Shown piece by piece: positions 19,321-29,077 of a DNA stretch of 64,000 nt. The first letter of the stretch is position 1, and each line of letters starts with the position of its first letter. The notes below the pieces were generated by a model, which was not told the origin of the DNA, made no database searches, and worked only from the letters and a program-made list of their open reading frames with translations. Origin of the DNA: an uncultured Bacteroidota bacterium (GTDB lineage: Bacteria; Bacteroidota; Bacteroidia; Chitinophagales; Chitinophagaceae); contig CAIKYB010000046.1 in assembly GCA_903831575.1 (NCBI GenBank), positions 16,986 to 80,985 of the forward strand. Direction: 5' to 3'. A program made the position numbers and the translations under genes.

Positions 19321-20337
19321 TCAATAACTAAAATAAATCTCCGTAGCCCCATACCCATACAAAGAATGGAACTGGTTCACAAAAGATTTGACATTTGACT
19401 TTTGCTTTAATCGCTCATGAATTTCAGTTCTCAGTTTCCCCTCTCCTATTCCGTGAATCACAATTAAAGTATTGGCCTTATTTAAAACAGAAAGTTCGAA
19501 ATATTTTTCAAAAGTATTAAGTTGTAAATCCAACATTTCATAGCTTGATAAATATTCGGGTGTATCAGTCAGTTTTTCAATATGTAAATCAACTACAGAC
19601 CTTGCTGGCGGCAAATGTTCTTTAGCACGCGAGGCTTCATACAAACGGAATCCAGCATTACCTAATTTAGACAAATCAACCTTTTCTGCTTCTTCAATTT
19701 TATCGGGATAAATTAAAAAAAGCTCGAATGAAAATGAGGGCTGGTTCCTAGATTGCAATTCCTCAATTTTTTTAAATAATTGCTTGCCCCTTAATTTGAA
19801 AGCCCTTTCATAATAGGGGGCTTTCTTTTTATCTTCTTTAGACAAGGAAAATTCAAACTCAAAAGATGGAGCATCACTCAAATCCTCAAAGATGATATCA
19901 TGCAAATAAAAATCGCTAAGCCCTCTCAACTCACTGTTTAAGTCAAAATGAGTATGGTTATCAAAAACTAATTTGTATTTGAAGGTATAATCTTCCTCAT
20001 TATAATTAATGAGAAAAACTTTAACCTTTTCTACAACATCATCATCAAAAATATCTTTATCAAAAATGGGTATAAAATTTAAAAAAACACCGTCTGCTAT
20101 TTTTTTCTTTGTTATTGGCTTTTCTTTTCTGACTTCATCAATATAAATTTTCTTTTTTTCTACAACCTTTTTTTGAGTAAACATTTTAAAGTACGGAAAA
20201 TCGATCTGATCCATGTAGGCCGGAAACTTTACACCTCTTACTTCAATCAGAACCATTTTATCATTGATAATTTCTATCACTTTACCTTCTTCATCAGAAT
20301 GCAACACAATAATCTTATCGCCTATCTCATACTTCAT
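19321..20337 (-). CDS. Smr/MutS2 C-terminal domain protein
   Basis: C-terminal VDLHIEKL...VIHGIGEGKLR Smr motif; N-terminal KOW/SH3-like segment. Confidence 0.85.
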   Translation of the reverse strand: MKYEIGDKIIVLHSDEEGKVIEIINDKMVLIEVRGVKFPAYMDQIDFPYFKMFTQKKVVEKKKIYIDEVRKEKPITKKKIADGVFLNFIPIFDKDIFDDDVVEKVKVFLINYNEEDYTFKYKLVFDNHTHFDLNSELRGLSDFYLHDIIFEDLSDAPSFEFEFSLSKEDKKKAPYYERAFKLRGKQLFKKIEELQSRNQPSFSFELFLIYPDKIEEAEKVDLSKLGNAGFRLYEASRAKEHLPPARSVVDLHIEKLTDTPEYLSSYEMLDLQLNTFEKYFELSVLNKANTLIVIHGIGEGKLRTEIHERLKQKSNVKSFVNQFHSLYGYGATEIYFSY

Positions 20338-20366
20338 ATTGATACCATCACTTTATAAATTCCGAA

Positions 20367-22067
20367 TTATGCTAAATTGCTTTTTTTATACCCGTAAAGC
20401 AGATAAATAATTAACCCTATTAAAAGCCACCCCCCAAACCAAGCCCAATTCATCGCAGTCATTCCTGTAAGCAGATATAGGCAAGTTGTCAATCCCATCA
20501 ATGGAATCAATGACCAGTTCTTTATAAACGCTCCTATTGAAAGCAAGATGCAAATTGACCAAAACAACAACGCAGATACATTATAAGTTAAGGCTGTTGC
20601 ATCGACATCAAAATGTAATAACCCAGAAAAATAATTTTCTGTAAAGACACTCAATAATACTATTGACAGAATAATCAACGAAGGGAAAATATATTTCGAA
20701 GAGACGAAAGGCAGATGAAACTTCCCCTTTTCTTTAGCAATCCGGGGTAATAACAATACGCCACCACACACTAGCACAAATGCGAATAAGGTTGCTATAC
20801 TTGTAAAGTCGAGTACAAAAGTTTTATCCGTAAATAAAATTGGAACGCCGACAACTAATCCTGTTACAATTGTAGAAAAAGATGGTGTTTGAAATCTGGG
20901 ATGAATTTTTTGAAAAACCGATGGCAATAAACCATCTCTGCTCATGCTCATCCATATTCTTGGTTGGCCCATTTGAAAAACCAGCAATACACTTGTCATA
21001 GCTACAACAGCACAAACTGCAACGAGCAATTGCATCCAAGCAACATTTAAATTTTGTTTTTCAAAAATAAAGGCAAGGGGATCTCCTACATTTTCAAACT
21101 TCTGATAATGAACAGCGCCAGTTAAAACCAAGGTCAATAAAATATAAATCACTGTACAAATCACTAAGGAATAAATCATGCCGCGAGGTAAATCTCTTTG
21201 AGGATTTTTACTTTCCTCAGCCAATACACTAACAGCATCAAATCCAATATAGGCAAAGAATACACCGGCAACTGCTGCCATTACTCCTTTAAATCCATTA
21301 GGCATAAATGACTTAACACCTTCAGGATTTTCAGGCAACCAATTCGACGTAAGACCATTATGCATTACGAGATAGCCCCCCACAATTAGTATTAATAAAA
21401 CAACCCCTAATTTTAAAATCACCATGATATTACTAAAGTTCTTACTCTCCTTTACACCTCTATACACCAGATAAGTAATCATGATATTAATAACCAAAGC
21501 AGGCAAATCTATTATAAATCTAACTCCAGCAAAAACGGGAGAACTATTCCAGGCCGAAATTAGTTCTTCATTTTTTGTACCAGCAGCAATGGCATGTTTT
21601 GCTTCCATATAACTTGTAGATAAATAAGCAGGAATGTGCACATTCATCCTTTCCATAAAAGAAGTAAAATAATCACTCCAACTATAGGCTACATAAATAT
21701 TACCTATAGAGTATTCCATAATTAATGCCCAGCCAATAATCCAGGCAAACAATTCTCCAAAACTGGCATACGCATAAGTATACGCACTACCGGCAACTGG
21801 TATACGACTTGCGAAATCAGAATAACAAAAAGCAGTAAACGCGCAGGCAATACCTGTGATAATAAACAAAACAATAACACCAGGACCACCGCTAAATACA
21901 GCACCTCCCAAACTACTAAAACTCCCAGCTCCAAGAATAGCAGCTATACCAAAAAAAGTGAGGTCCTTTACAGTCAATACTCTTTTTAAACCTACGCCAT
22001 GTGTACCATCAGATGCTTCTGTAATAATCTTGTCGATATTTTTTTTTCTGAATAATGGATTACTCAT
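20367..22067 (-). CDS. APC superfamily amino acid permease
   Basis: GIAAILGAG, GSAYTYAY, FFAYIGFDAVS, EESKNPQRDLP. Confidence 0.93.
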   Translation of the reverse strand: MSNPLFRKKNIDKIITEASDGTHGVGLKRVLTVKDLTFFGIAAILGAGSFSSLGGAVFSGGPGVIVLFIITGIACAFTAFCYSDFASRIPVAGSAYTYAYASFGELFAWIIGWALIMEYSIGNIYVAYSWSDYFTSFMERMNVHIPAYLSTSYMEAKHAIAAGTKNEELISAWNSSPVFAGVRFIIDLPALVINIMITYLVYRGVKESKNFSNIMVILKLGVVLLILIVGGYLVMHNGLTSNWLPENPEGVKSFMPNGFKGVMAAVAGVFFAYIGFDAVSVLAEESKNPQRDLPRGMIYSLVICTVIYILLTLVLTGAVHYQKFENVGDPLAFIFEKQNLNVAWMQLLVAVCAVVAMTSVLLVFQMGQPRIWMSMSRDGLLPSVFQKIHPRFQTPSFSTIVTGLVVGVPILFTDKTFVLDFTSIATLFAFVLVCGGVLLLPRIAKEKGKFHLPFVSSKYIFPSLIILSIVLLSVFTENYFSGLLHFDVDATALTYNVSALLFWSICILLSIGAFIKNWSLIPLMGLTTCLYLLTGMTAMNWAWFGGWLLIGLIIYLLYGYKKSNLA

Positions 22068-22118
22068 GATATCTAGTTTAATTATTGGATAAAATTGTAC
22101 AATTCGATTTTGAAGAAA

Positions 22119-23084
22119 TTAGGATTCTCTTTGTAATAAATATCTTGCCAAGTTTTCTATTTCCACTTTTCTGGAATGCAAAACAGCAGTCTCTTCAAGG
22201 TGTTTTATTGCCTTATCCAAACAGGTTTGCTTTAAAGTTGACGCCCATTCTCCTACTTTACAAGCTGAATATATTTTTAATACTCGTTCTATCTTATCTT
22301 CACTATTGCCATTCAACAATAAAGTCAATTCTTTTTTTTGCGCTTCATCTACTACAGATAAAGCATGAATTAATAAAAAGGTTTTTTTGTTTGCCAAAAT
22401 ATCACCACCTATTTGTTTGCCAAATTTTTCCGGATCACCAAAAGCGTCCAGATAATCATCCTGCACTTGAAATGCAATGCCAAGATACTTTCCTACTTCA
22501 TATAAATGATCTTGATTGCCAGCGCTTGCTCCACCGAGGATGGCGCCTAATTTAAAACTTGCTGCCAATAATACAGATGTTTTCAGCGTAATCATTTGCA
22601 GATAATCATCAAAAATTACGCTCTCTTGCTTTTCGAAATCCATATCCAATTGCTGTCCTTCACAAACCTCTCTTGCCGTTTTACTAAATAATTTAAGTAT
22701 GTCGTGAAGTTTGGAATGGCTAATATTATTCAATTGTTCATAAGCCGCTACAAGCATCACATCTCCTGCTAACAAAGCTGTAGCATCTCCATATTTTGTA
22801 TGAACAGTTTCCATCCCTCTTCGTAAGGGAGCTTTATCCATAATATCATCATGAATCAAACTAAAATTATGAAACAACTCAATAGCAAGAGCAACAGAAT
22901 AAGCATCTGCTGTAATTTCGCCAAATAACTCATTGGCCATAAGTACACTAACAGGCCTGACTCTTTTACCGCCAATTCTTAAAATATATTGAGCCGCATC
23001 ATATAATGTTGCAGGAGTATCTGGGAAATGTCTTTTGTTGAAATAAGTTTCAAACTTAGCAGATAATTCAGCAAAGGAATGCAT
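22119..23084 (-). CDS. Short-chain polyprenyl diphosphate synthase (FPP/GGPP synthase-like)
   Basis: GGKRVRP, DDIMD and QVQDDYLD aspartate-rich motifs. Confidence 0.92.
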   Translation of the reverse strand: MHSFAELSAKFETYFNKRHFPDTPATLYDAAQYILRIGGKRVRPVSVLMANELFGEITADAYSVALAIELFHNFSLIHDDIMDKAPLRRGMETVHTKYGDATALLAGDVMLVAAYEQLNNISHSKLHDILKLFSKTAREVCEGQQLDMDFEKQESVIFDDYLQMITLKTSVLLAASFKLGAILGGASAGNQDHLYEVGKYLGIAFQVQDDYLDAFGDPEKFGKQIGGDILANKKTFLLIHALSVVDEAQKKELTLLLNGNSEDKIERVLKIYSACKVGEWASTLKQTCLDKAIKHLEETAVLHSRKVEIENLARYLLQRES

Positions 23085-23158
23085 GTGTTATGTAAATTTT
23101 TAAAATAAATTAATTAAAAATGTAAAATTCAAAATCATCTAATCAAACTAACCGCCAA

Positions 23159-25159
23159 TTACTTCTTCTTCACTTTTGAATTTTTACTTTTCACTTTTGA
23201 ATTAACCCCCTCTTCCATCACCCATTCATAATCTAATTGACGCTTCGTAAGATTTGCAGCAACAACTCTGATATTTATTTTATCGCCCATTCTAAATTTC
23301 TTCTTAGTACGATTACCAACTAATGAATAATCCGATTCATCGTGCCAGAATTCATCGTAGGTATTCAAATCTTTGATACTGATAAGCCCTTCACATTTGT
23401 GATCTACAGTTTCCACCCAAAAACCAAAAGCTGCTACACCAGAAATAATCCCTTTAAATTCATCTCCTAAATACTGCTTCATAAATTCCACTTGCTTGTA
23501 TTTATTCCCAGCTCTTTCCGCTTCCATTGCACCTCTTTCCCTGTCACTGCAGTGCTTACAGCGTTCTTCCATTTTCTTTTCGGGCTTCAGATTTTTTTCC
23601 AAACACTCCTGAAGAATCCGGTGAACCATCACATCAGGATACCTTCTAATAGGCGATGTGAAATGACAATAATTTTCAAATCCTAATCCGTAGTGCCCAA
23701 TATTTTTTGAGGTATAAATTGCCTTGGCCATTGTTCTGATACCCAACTGCTCCAGCACATGCTGTTCTGGTTTTCCATTCACATCATTTAGCAATTGATT
23801 GAAAGAAGATGCCACTTCTTTTTCATTATTCACATCAAATGTATACCCGAATTTTTTTGCGAAAGCAGCAAATGGTTTTAATTTTTCCTCATTAGGCTTA
23901 TCATGAATGCGATAAGGGAATGGGATAGCTTCTTTATTGATTTTTATTTTTGAAACATGTTCTGCAACGGCTTGGTTAGCCAAAAGCATAAACTCTTCAA
24001 TTAATTTATGGGCTTCTTTACTTTCTTTCACTACAATGCCAATTGGCTTTCCTTTTTCGTCCAATTTGAATCTTACCTCAGTGGAAGAAAAATTAATTGC
24101 TCCATTATCGAATCTTTTTTTACGGAATTGCTGAGCCAGATTATTCAACAATAAAATGGCTTTATTTTGAAGTCCGTCTTTTGTTTCAATAGTTTGCTGA
24201 ACTTCTTCGTAAGTAAAACGATGGTTACTGTGAATCAATGTTTTCCCAATCCATTTGTGTTTAATCTCTGCTCTGTTGGTGATTTGAAAGATAACAGAGA
24301 AGGTATATTTGTCTTCATTCGGCCTTAGTGAACACAATTCATTGGATATTTTTTCTGGAAGCATTGGATTTACTCTGTCAGGAAGATAAACGCTGGTAGC
24401 TCTTGCATACGCTGATTTGTCCAGCAATGAGTTAGGTTTCAAAAAGTGACTAACGTCTGCAATATGAACACCTATTTCATAATTGCCATTATCAAGATTT
24501 CTGATTGAAATAGCATCATCAAAATCTTTAGCATCTACAGGATCAATAGTAAAAGTAAGAATATCTCTGCAGTCTTTGCGCTTAGATGTTTCTTCTCGTG
24601 TAATCTTCCCCGATAGTTGTTCTGCTTCTTTCATCACATCGGCATCAAAGCCTAACGAAAATCCAGCTTCAATCAGGATTTCTTTCATGGCCATATCTGC
24701 ATCATCTTGTGCAGTAATTACAGATTCAATTTCCCCTTGTGGCTTTCTGTCATCTTTATCCCATTTCACCAGTTTAGCTATAACACGATCACCATCTTGC
24801 GCACCATTTAATTTTTCTATAGGAATATAAAAATCAGGAATAGGCTTATCACCAGAAACTACAAAAAAAGCAACATTATTTTTAACCTGAACATTTCCAA
24901 CAAAAGTAGTTTGCTTCCTTTCTACAACATCTACAATTTTACCTTCTGCCCTTTTTATAGTAGAGCCTCCTTTTGCTACCTGAACTCTAACAATATCACC
25001 ATTAAAAGCTTTGCCAAAATCATTTGGTTTTACCAATATATCTTTCTCTTGATGTTCAACAATAACAAACCCCATACCACTCCTGCTGATTTCAAGCTTC
25101 CCTTTCAACAATTGAACCTGAGAAGATTTCTTCATCCCAACTTTCTCCTTTTTACTCAT
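23159..25159 (-). CDS. rnr: Ribonuclease R
   Basis: TIDPVDAKDFDDAIS, HFTSPIRRYPD, C-terminal S1 domain and basic tail. Confidence 0.95.
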   Translation of the reverse strand: MSKKEKVGMKKSSQVQLLKGKLEISRSGMGFVIVEHQEKDILVKPNDFGKAFNGDIVRVQVAKGGSTIKRAEGKIVDVVERKQTTFVGNVQVKNNVAFFVVSGDKPIPDFYIPIEKLNGAQDGDRVIAKLVKWDKDDRKPQGEIESVITAQDDADMAMKEILIEAGFSLGFDADVMKEAEQLSGKITREETSKRKDCRDILTFTIDPVDAKDFDDAISIRNLDNGNYEIGVHIADVSHFLKPNSLLDKSAYARATSVYLPDRVNPMLPEKISNELCSLRPNEDKYTFSVIFQITNRAEIKHKWIGKTLIHSNHRFTYEEVQQTIETKDGLQNKAILLLNNLAQQFRKKRFDNGAINFSSTEVRFKLDEKGKPIGIVVKESKEAHKLIEEFMLLANQAVAEHVSKIKINKEAIPFPYRIHDKPNEEKLKPFAAFAKKFGYTFDVNNEKEVASSFNQLLNDVNGKPEQHVLEQLGIRTMAKAIYTSKNIGHYGLGFENYCHFTSPIRRYPDVMVHRILQECLEKNLKPEKKMEERCKHCSDRERGAMEAERAGNKYKQVEFMKQYLGDEFKGIISGVAAFGFWVETVDHKCEGLISIKDLNTYDEFWHDESDYSLVGNRTKKKFRMGDKINIRVVAANLTKRQLDYEWVMEEGVNSKVKSKNSKVKKK

Positions 25160-25430
25160 AATATATTTTTAGTGCAAATGCCATTTTTCAGTACTGCTCA
25201 TGCTGTACTTTTTTACTATATGCAATGTACGTAATCTATTTGTTTTTAGGCGAATACAATCTTGATGTACCCCATTAATTTAATCAATCTTTTAAACATA
25301 CCATAAAATTATGCCATTAAGTAAATCTTAAGACAAACAAATCGCATTTTAAGGATTTATAGATATCATATAAATTCATGACCCAAGGCTTATATATCGT
25401 TGCAAAATGAATATAATTTAAACACAAAAA

Positions 25431-25736
25431 ATGAAAACTTTCGATACTGTAGTAGAGGCCATCAATGAATTGAAAAAAAATGGATTCTCAATAGATTTAA
25501 ATATTTCTTTCGATGCCAAGATATGTAGTGAAAATGGAAATTGTTTGGACCCAGCCAAATTCGAAATAATAGAAACGTACCGATTTGAAGGCGATACAAA
25601 CCCATCAGATGAAGATATCGTTTATGCATTAGCCAGTAAAGATGGAAAAATAAAAGGCATTTTTACTGGCGCTTTTGGAATGTATGCAAATGCCATTTGT
25701 TCCGAAAGTATCAGCCATTTATCAAACCACAAATAA
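25431..25736 (+). CDS. Conserved small hypothetical protein
   Basis: 101 aa; YRFEGDTNPSDEDIVYA motif typical of a common Bacteroidota small-protein family. Confidence 0.75.
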   Translation: MKTFDTVVEAINELKKNGFSIDLNISFDAKICSENGNCLDPAKFEIIETYRFEGDTNPSDEDIVYALASKDGKIKGIFTGAFGMYANAICSESISHLSNHK

Positions 25737-25779
25737 TAAGTTTGTACATTCATACTTTTAATGACCATCCCAAAAATAT

Positions 25780-26517
25780 ATGAATTTCAAATTAGAAGTA
25801 ATTGCATTCAATATCGAAAGTTGTATTGCTGCAAGCTCAAGCGGAGCAAATCGAATAGAATTATGCGACAATCAAAATGAAGGCGGAACGACACCTTCTT
25901 ATGGACTTATTAAACTGGCAAGAGCTAAAACTTCCCTTGATTTATTCCCTATTATTCGACCAAGAGGCGGAGACTTTTTATATTCAACAGATGAATTTGA
26001 GATTATGAAAACTGATGTACTCACTTGCAAGAATCTAGGCTGTGACGGAGTAGTGACGGGCATTTTAAATCAAGATGGCACAATAGACAAAAAAAGGACA
26101 GCTCTACTCGTGAGCTTAGCCTACCCTATGAGTGTAACGTTTCATCGGGCATTTGACCGAACCAATAATCCGTTTATTGCATTAGAAGATCTCATTGAAA
26201 TTGGATGCGAAAGAATTCTTACCAGCGGACAAAAACCAACTGCAATGGAAGGATTAAAATTGATTAGTGAATTAATAACAACATCAAATAACCGCATCAT
26301 CATCATGCCCGGCAGTGGTATTAAATCTGATAATATTATTGAAATTGCAAACAAAACAAAAGCAACTGAATTTCACAGTTCCTCTAGAACATTCGTTGAG
26401 TCCGAAATGACCTTTCATCAACCTGAAATGATTGAAGCACTGAAAAAAGTAACCCTTGATGAGAAAGAAGTAAAACTAATAATGAATAAATTAGCTGAAA
26501 TAAAATCCAACTCTTAA
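25780..26517 (+). CDS. cutC: Copper homeostasis protein CutC family
   Basis: RIELC...EGGTTPS, IIRPRGGDF, TFHRAFD, RILTSG. Confidence 0.93.
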   Translation: MNFKLEVIAFNIESCIAASSSGANRIELCDNQNEGGTTPSYGLIKLARAKTSLDLFPIIRPRGGDFLYSTDEFEIMKTDVLTCKNLGCDGVVTGILNQDGTIDKKRTALLVSLAYPMSVTFHRAFDRTNNPFIALEDLIEIGCERILTSGQKPTAMEGLKLISELITTSNNRIIIMPGSGIKSDNIIEIANKTKATEFHSSSRTFVESEMTFHQPEMIEALKKVTLDEKEVKLIMNKLAEIKSNS

Positions 26518-27752
26518 TACAAAATTCTTACTTTAATAGAATGCTTCACTTTACGAAGCAGCTCCACTGCATTTTTACTAATGCTCTTATCAATATCTAA
26601 TACTACATAACCGATACGTTCATTGGTTTTCAAGTATTGTCCTAGTATGTTGATGTTATTTTTACTTAAGGTAGCATTGATCTGACTCATTACACCTGGC
26701 ACATTTTCATGAATATGCAAAATACGATGAGCACCTTCCTGAGGAGGTAATGCCAATGCAGGAATCGAATGAGATCCAGTGCTGATACCTTTTTCAAGAT
26801 AATTAAATAACTTAGAGCTGACATCTAATCCTATATTATTTTGAGCTTCTTGTGTGCTTCCCCCAATATGAGGAGTGAGTAATACATTGGATAAACCTTG
26901 TAATGGCGACTTGAAAACATCTCCATTCTTTTCGGGCTCAACAGGGAATACATCTATTGCCGCACCACCTAAATGACCAGATTCCAAAGCTTGTTTTAAT
27001 GCATTAATATCCACCACTTCTCCTCTTGCATAATTAATCAATACAGCACCTTGTTTAAAAAACCTCAACGTTATTTTATTGATTACATTTTTTGTGCTGC
27101 TTAATTCTGGAACATGAAGGGTTACTACATCACTTTGTTTTAATAATTCTTTCAATGACTTACTATCAGAAGCATTTCCAAGCGGCAACTTTGTTTCTAC
27201 ATCATAAAAAACAACTTTCATTCCTAATGCTTCAGCCAGTACACTCACCTGACTTCCAATATTGCCATATCCGATGATTCCTAAAGTTTTGCCTCTTAAT
27301 TCATGACTTCCTTTTGCATCCTTCATCCATGAACCTTCATGCGCTGCTTTATTTTTATCAATAATTTTTCTGACCAACATAATCGAAGAACCAATAACCA
27401 ATTCCGCAACACTTCTTGTATTACTGTAAGGTGCATTAAATACAGCAACGCCTGCTTGTGTAGCCGCTTTCAAATCTATCTGATTAACTCCAATACAAAA
27501 ACAACCAATGGCCTGAAGTTTTGGCGCAGCATCTAATACTTTTTTTGTAATCATTGTTTTACTTCTGATTCCAAGAATATGTACGCTTTTAATTTCCTTT
27601 ATTAGTTCTTCTTCACTTAAGGCTCCTGTCAACTTCTTCACATTAGCATATCCAGCGCCTACAAATTGTGCAATTGCTGCGTCACTGATATTTTCTAAAA
27701 AAAGAATATTGATTTTTTCTTTAGGATAACTGGTATTTTTTTTCTCTGCCAT
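26514..27752 (-). CDS. serA: D-3-phosphoglycerate dehydrogenase
   Basis: FCIGVNQIDL, GIIGYGNIG, TPHIGGST, C-terminal ACT domain; TATATTTG promoter at 27775-27782. Confidence 0.96.
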   Translation of the reverse strand: MAEKKNTSYPKEKINILFLENISDAAIAQFVGAGYANVKKLTGALSEEELIKEIKSVHILGIRSKTMITKKVLDAAPKLQAIGCFCIGVNQIDLKAATQAGVAVFNAPYSNTRSVAELVIGSSIMLVRKIIDKNKAAHEGSWMKDAKGSHELRGKTLGIIGYGNIGSQVSVLAEALGMKVVFYDVETKLPLGNASDSKSLKELLKQSDVVTLHVPELSSTKNVINKITLRFFKQGAVLINYARGEVVDINALKQALESGHLGGAAIDVFPVEPEKNGDVFKSPLQGLSNVLLTPHIGGSTQEAQNNIGLDVSSKLFNYLEKGISTGSHSIPALALPPQEGAHRILHIHENVPGVMSQINATLSKNNINILGQYLKTNERIGYVVLDIDKSISKNAVELLRKVKHSIKVRILY

Positions 27753-27802
27753 GATATTATCACCTTATTTTGCACAAATATATTCCATAAGTAATAATAT
27801 AG

Positions 27803-29062
27803 ATGAAAAAAAAACATACGGAACAGTTTGTTCAAAATATAGGCTCAGGATTAAATACCATAAAAAGCCCCTTTAAATGTGGGATTACAGCGTATTTTGA
27901 GAAGTACTTTTTAAAATCCGGCATCATATTAACAATAGTAGTACTGACCTTATGTCAATGTAAATCTCATACAAAAAAAACAACCGCTTTAATAAAATAC
28001 GAATTACCCATTCCTGAAAAACTGCCTTCAGCATACATCGACACCATTAATAAAATCACTAATTTCTGGTACGAAAGTTTCTTAAAAAGATCAGGCTTTA
28101 ATGGAGGAATATTAGTAGCAAAAAATGGGAATATTATTTTTGAAAAATACAATGGAGTAGCGCATTTCCGTTCAACAGATTCCATAAATTCCAGCACACC
28201 GCTTCACATTGCCTCTGTCAGCAAAACGTTTACCGCCATGGCTGTTTTGAAATTATGGCAAGATCATCTATTGAATATTGACGATGAGCTGTCAAAGTAT
28301 TTCCCAGGATTTGATTACCCGGGTGTGACCATCAAAACATTACTCAATCACAGAAGTGGATTACCCAACTATGTTTATTTTATTGATGAATTGGGATTTG
28401 ACAGGAAATCCCCAGTCACAAATCAAGATGTTTTGAATTGTTTAATCAGCAGAAAAAATGAAATAAAAAACATCAACCCCTCCAACCGGCATTTTTCGTA
28501 TTGCAATACCAACTTTGCACTATTAGCATTATTGATTGAAAAAATAACCAAAACCCCTTATCCTGAATATCTTAAAAGAAGCATTTTTGAGCCGGCGGGC
28601 ATGACCCATACTTTTGTATTTACGCCACAGGAAGTGGCAAGGGCAATCCCAAGCTATGACTGGAAAGGAATGGAGATAGGCAATTCAAATCTAGAATTGG
28701 TTTATGGAGATAAAAACATCTATTCCACACCTCAAGATTTATTAAAATGGGATCTACTGCTTTCAAGCAACCAGTATTTATCAAAAGTCACATTAGAAGA
28801 AGCGTATAAGCCTTACAGTAATGAAAAGGCCGGAATTAGAAATTATGGTTTAGGATGGAGGATGTATAATTTCCCTAACGACTACAAAATCATTTATCAC
28901 AACGGCTGGTGGCATGGAAGCAATGCAGTGTTTATCAGAATGATCAAAGAAGATGCCACCATCATTGTAATTGGAAATAAGTACAATAGAAATATCTACA
29001 AAGCAAAGGAACTCATCGGTCTCTTCAGCCAATTAAATTCGACTGAAGATGAAGAGGAATAA
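27803..29062 (+). CDS. Serine hydrolase, beta-lactamase/PBP-like family (start may be downstream)
   Basis: SxxK (SVSK), YxN (YCN), HNG motifs; LLNHRSGL. Confidence 0.88.
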   Translation: MKKKHTEQFVQNIGSGLNTIKSPFKCGITAYFEKYFLKSGIILTIVVLTLCQCKSHTKKTTALIKYELPIPEKLPSAYIDTINKITNFWYESFLKRSGFNGGILVAKNGNIIFEKYNGVAHFRSTDSINSSTPLHIASVSKTFTAMAVLKLWQDHLLNIDDELSKYFPGFDYPGVTIKTLLNHRSGLPNYVYFIDELGFDRKSPVTNQDVLNCLISRKNEIKNINPSNRHFSYCNTNFALLALLIEKITKTPYPEYLKRSIFEPAGMTHTFVFTPQEVARAIPSYDWKGMEIGNSNLELVYGDKNIYSTPQDLLKWDLLLSSNQYLSKVTLEEAYKPYSNEKAGIRNYGLGWRMYNFPNDYKIIYHNGWWHGSNAVFIRMIKEDATIIVIGNKYNRNIYKAKELIGLFSQLNSTEDEEE

Positions 29063-29077
29063 GATCAACATTACTCT

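Noticed and set aside
27803-29062. Antibiotic-resistance beta-lactamase
   Set aside because: The motifs only place it in the broad serine hydrolase/PBP-like family, which is common in Bacteroidota. There is no mobile context or specific signature.
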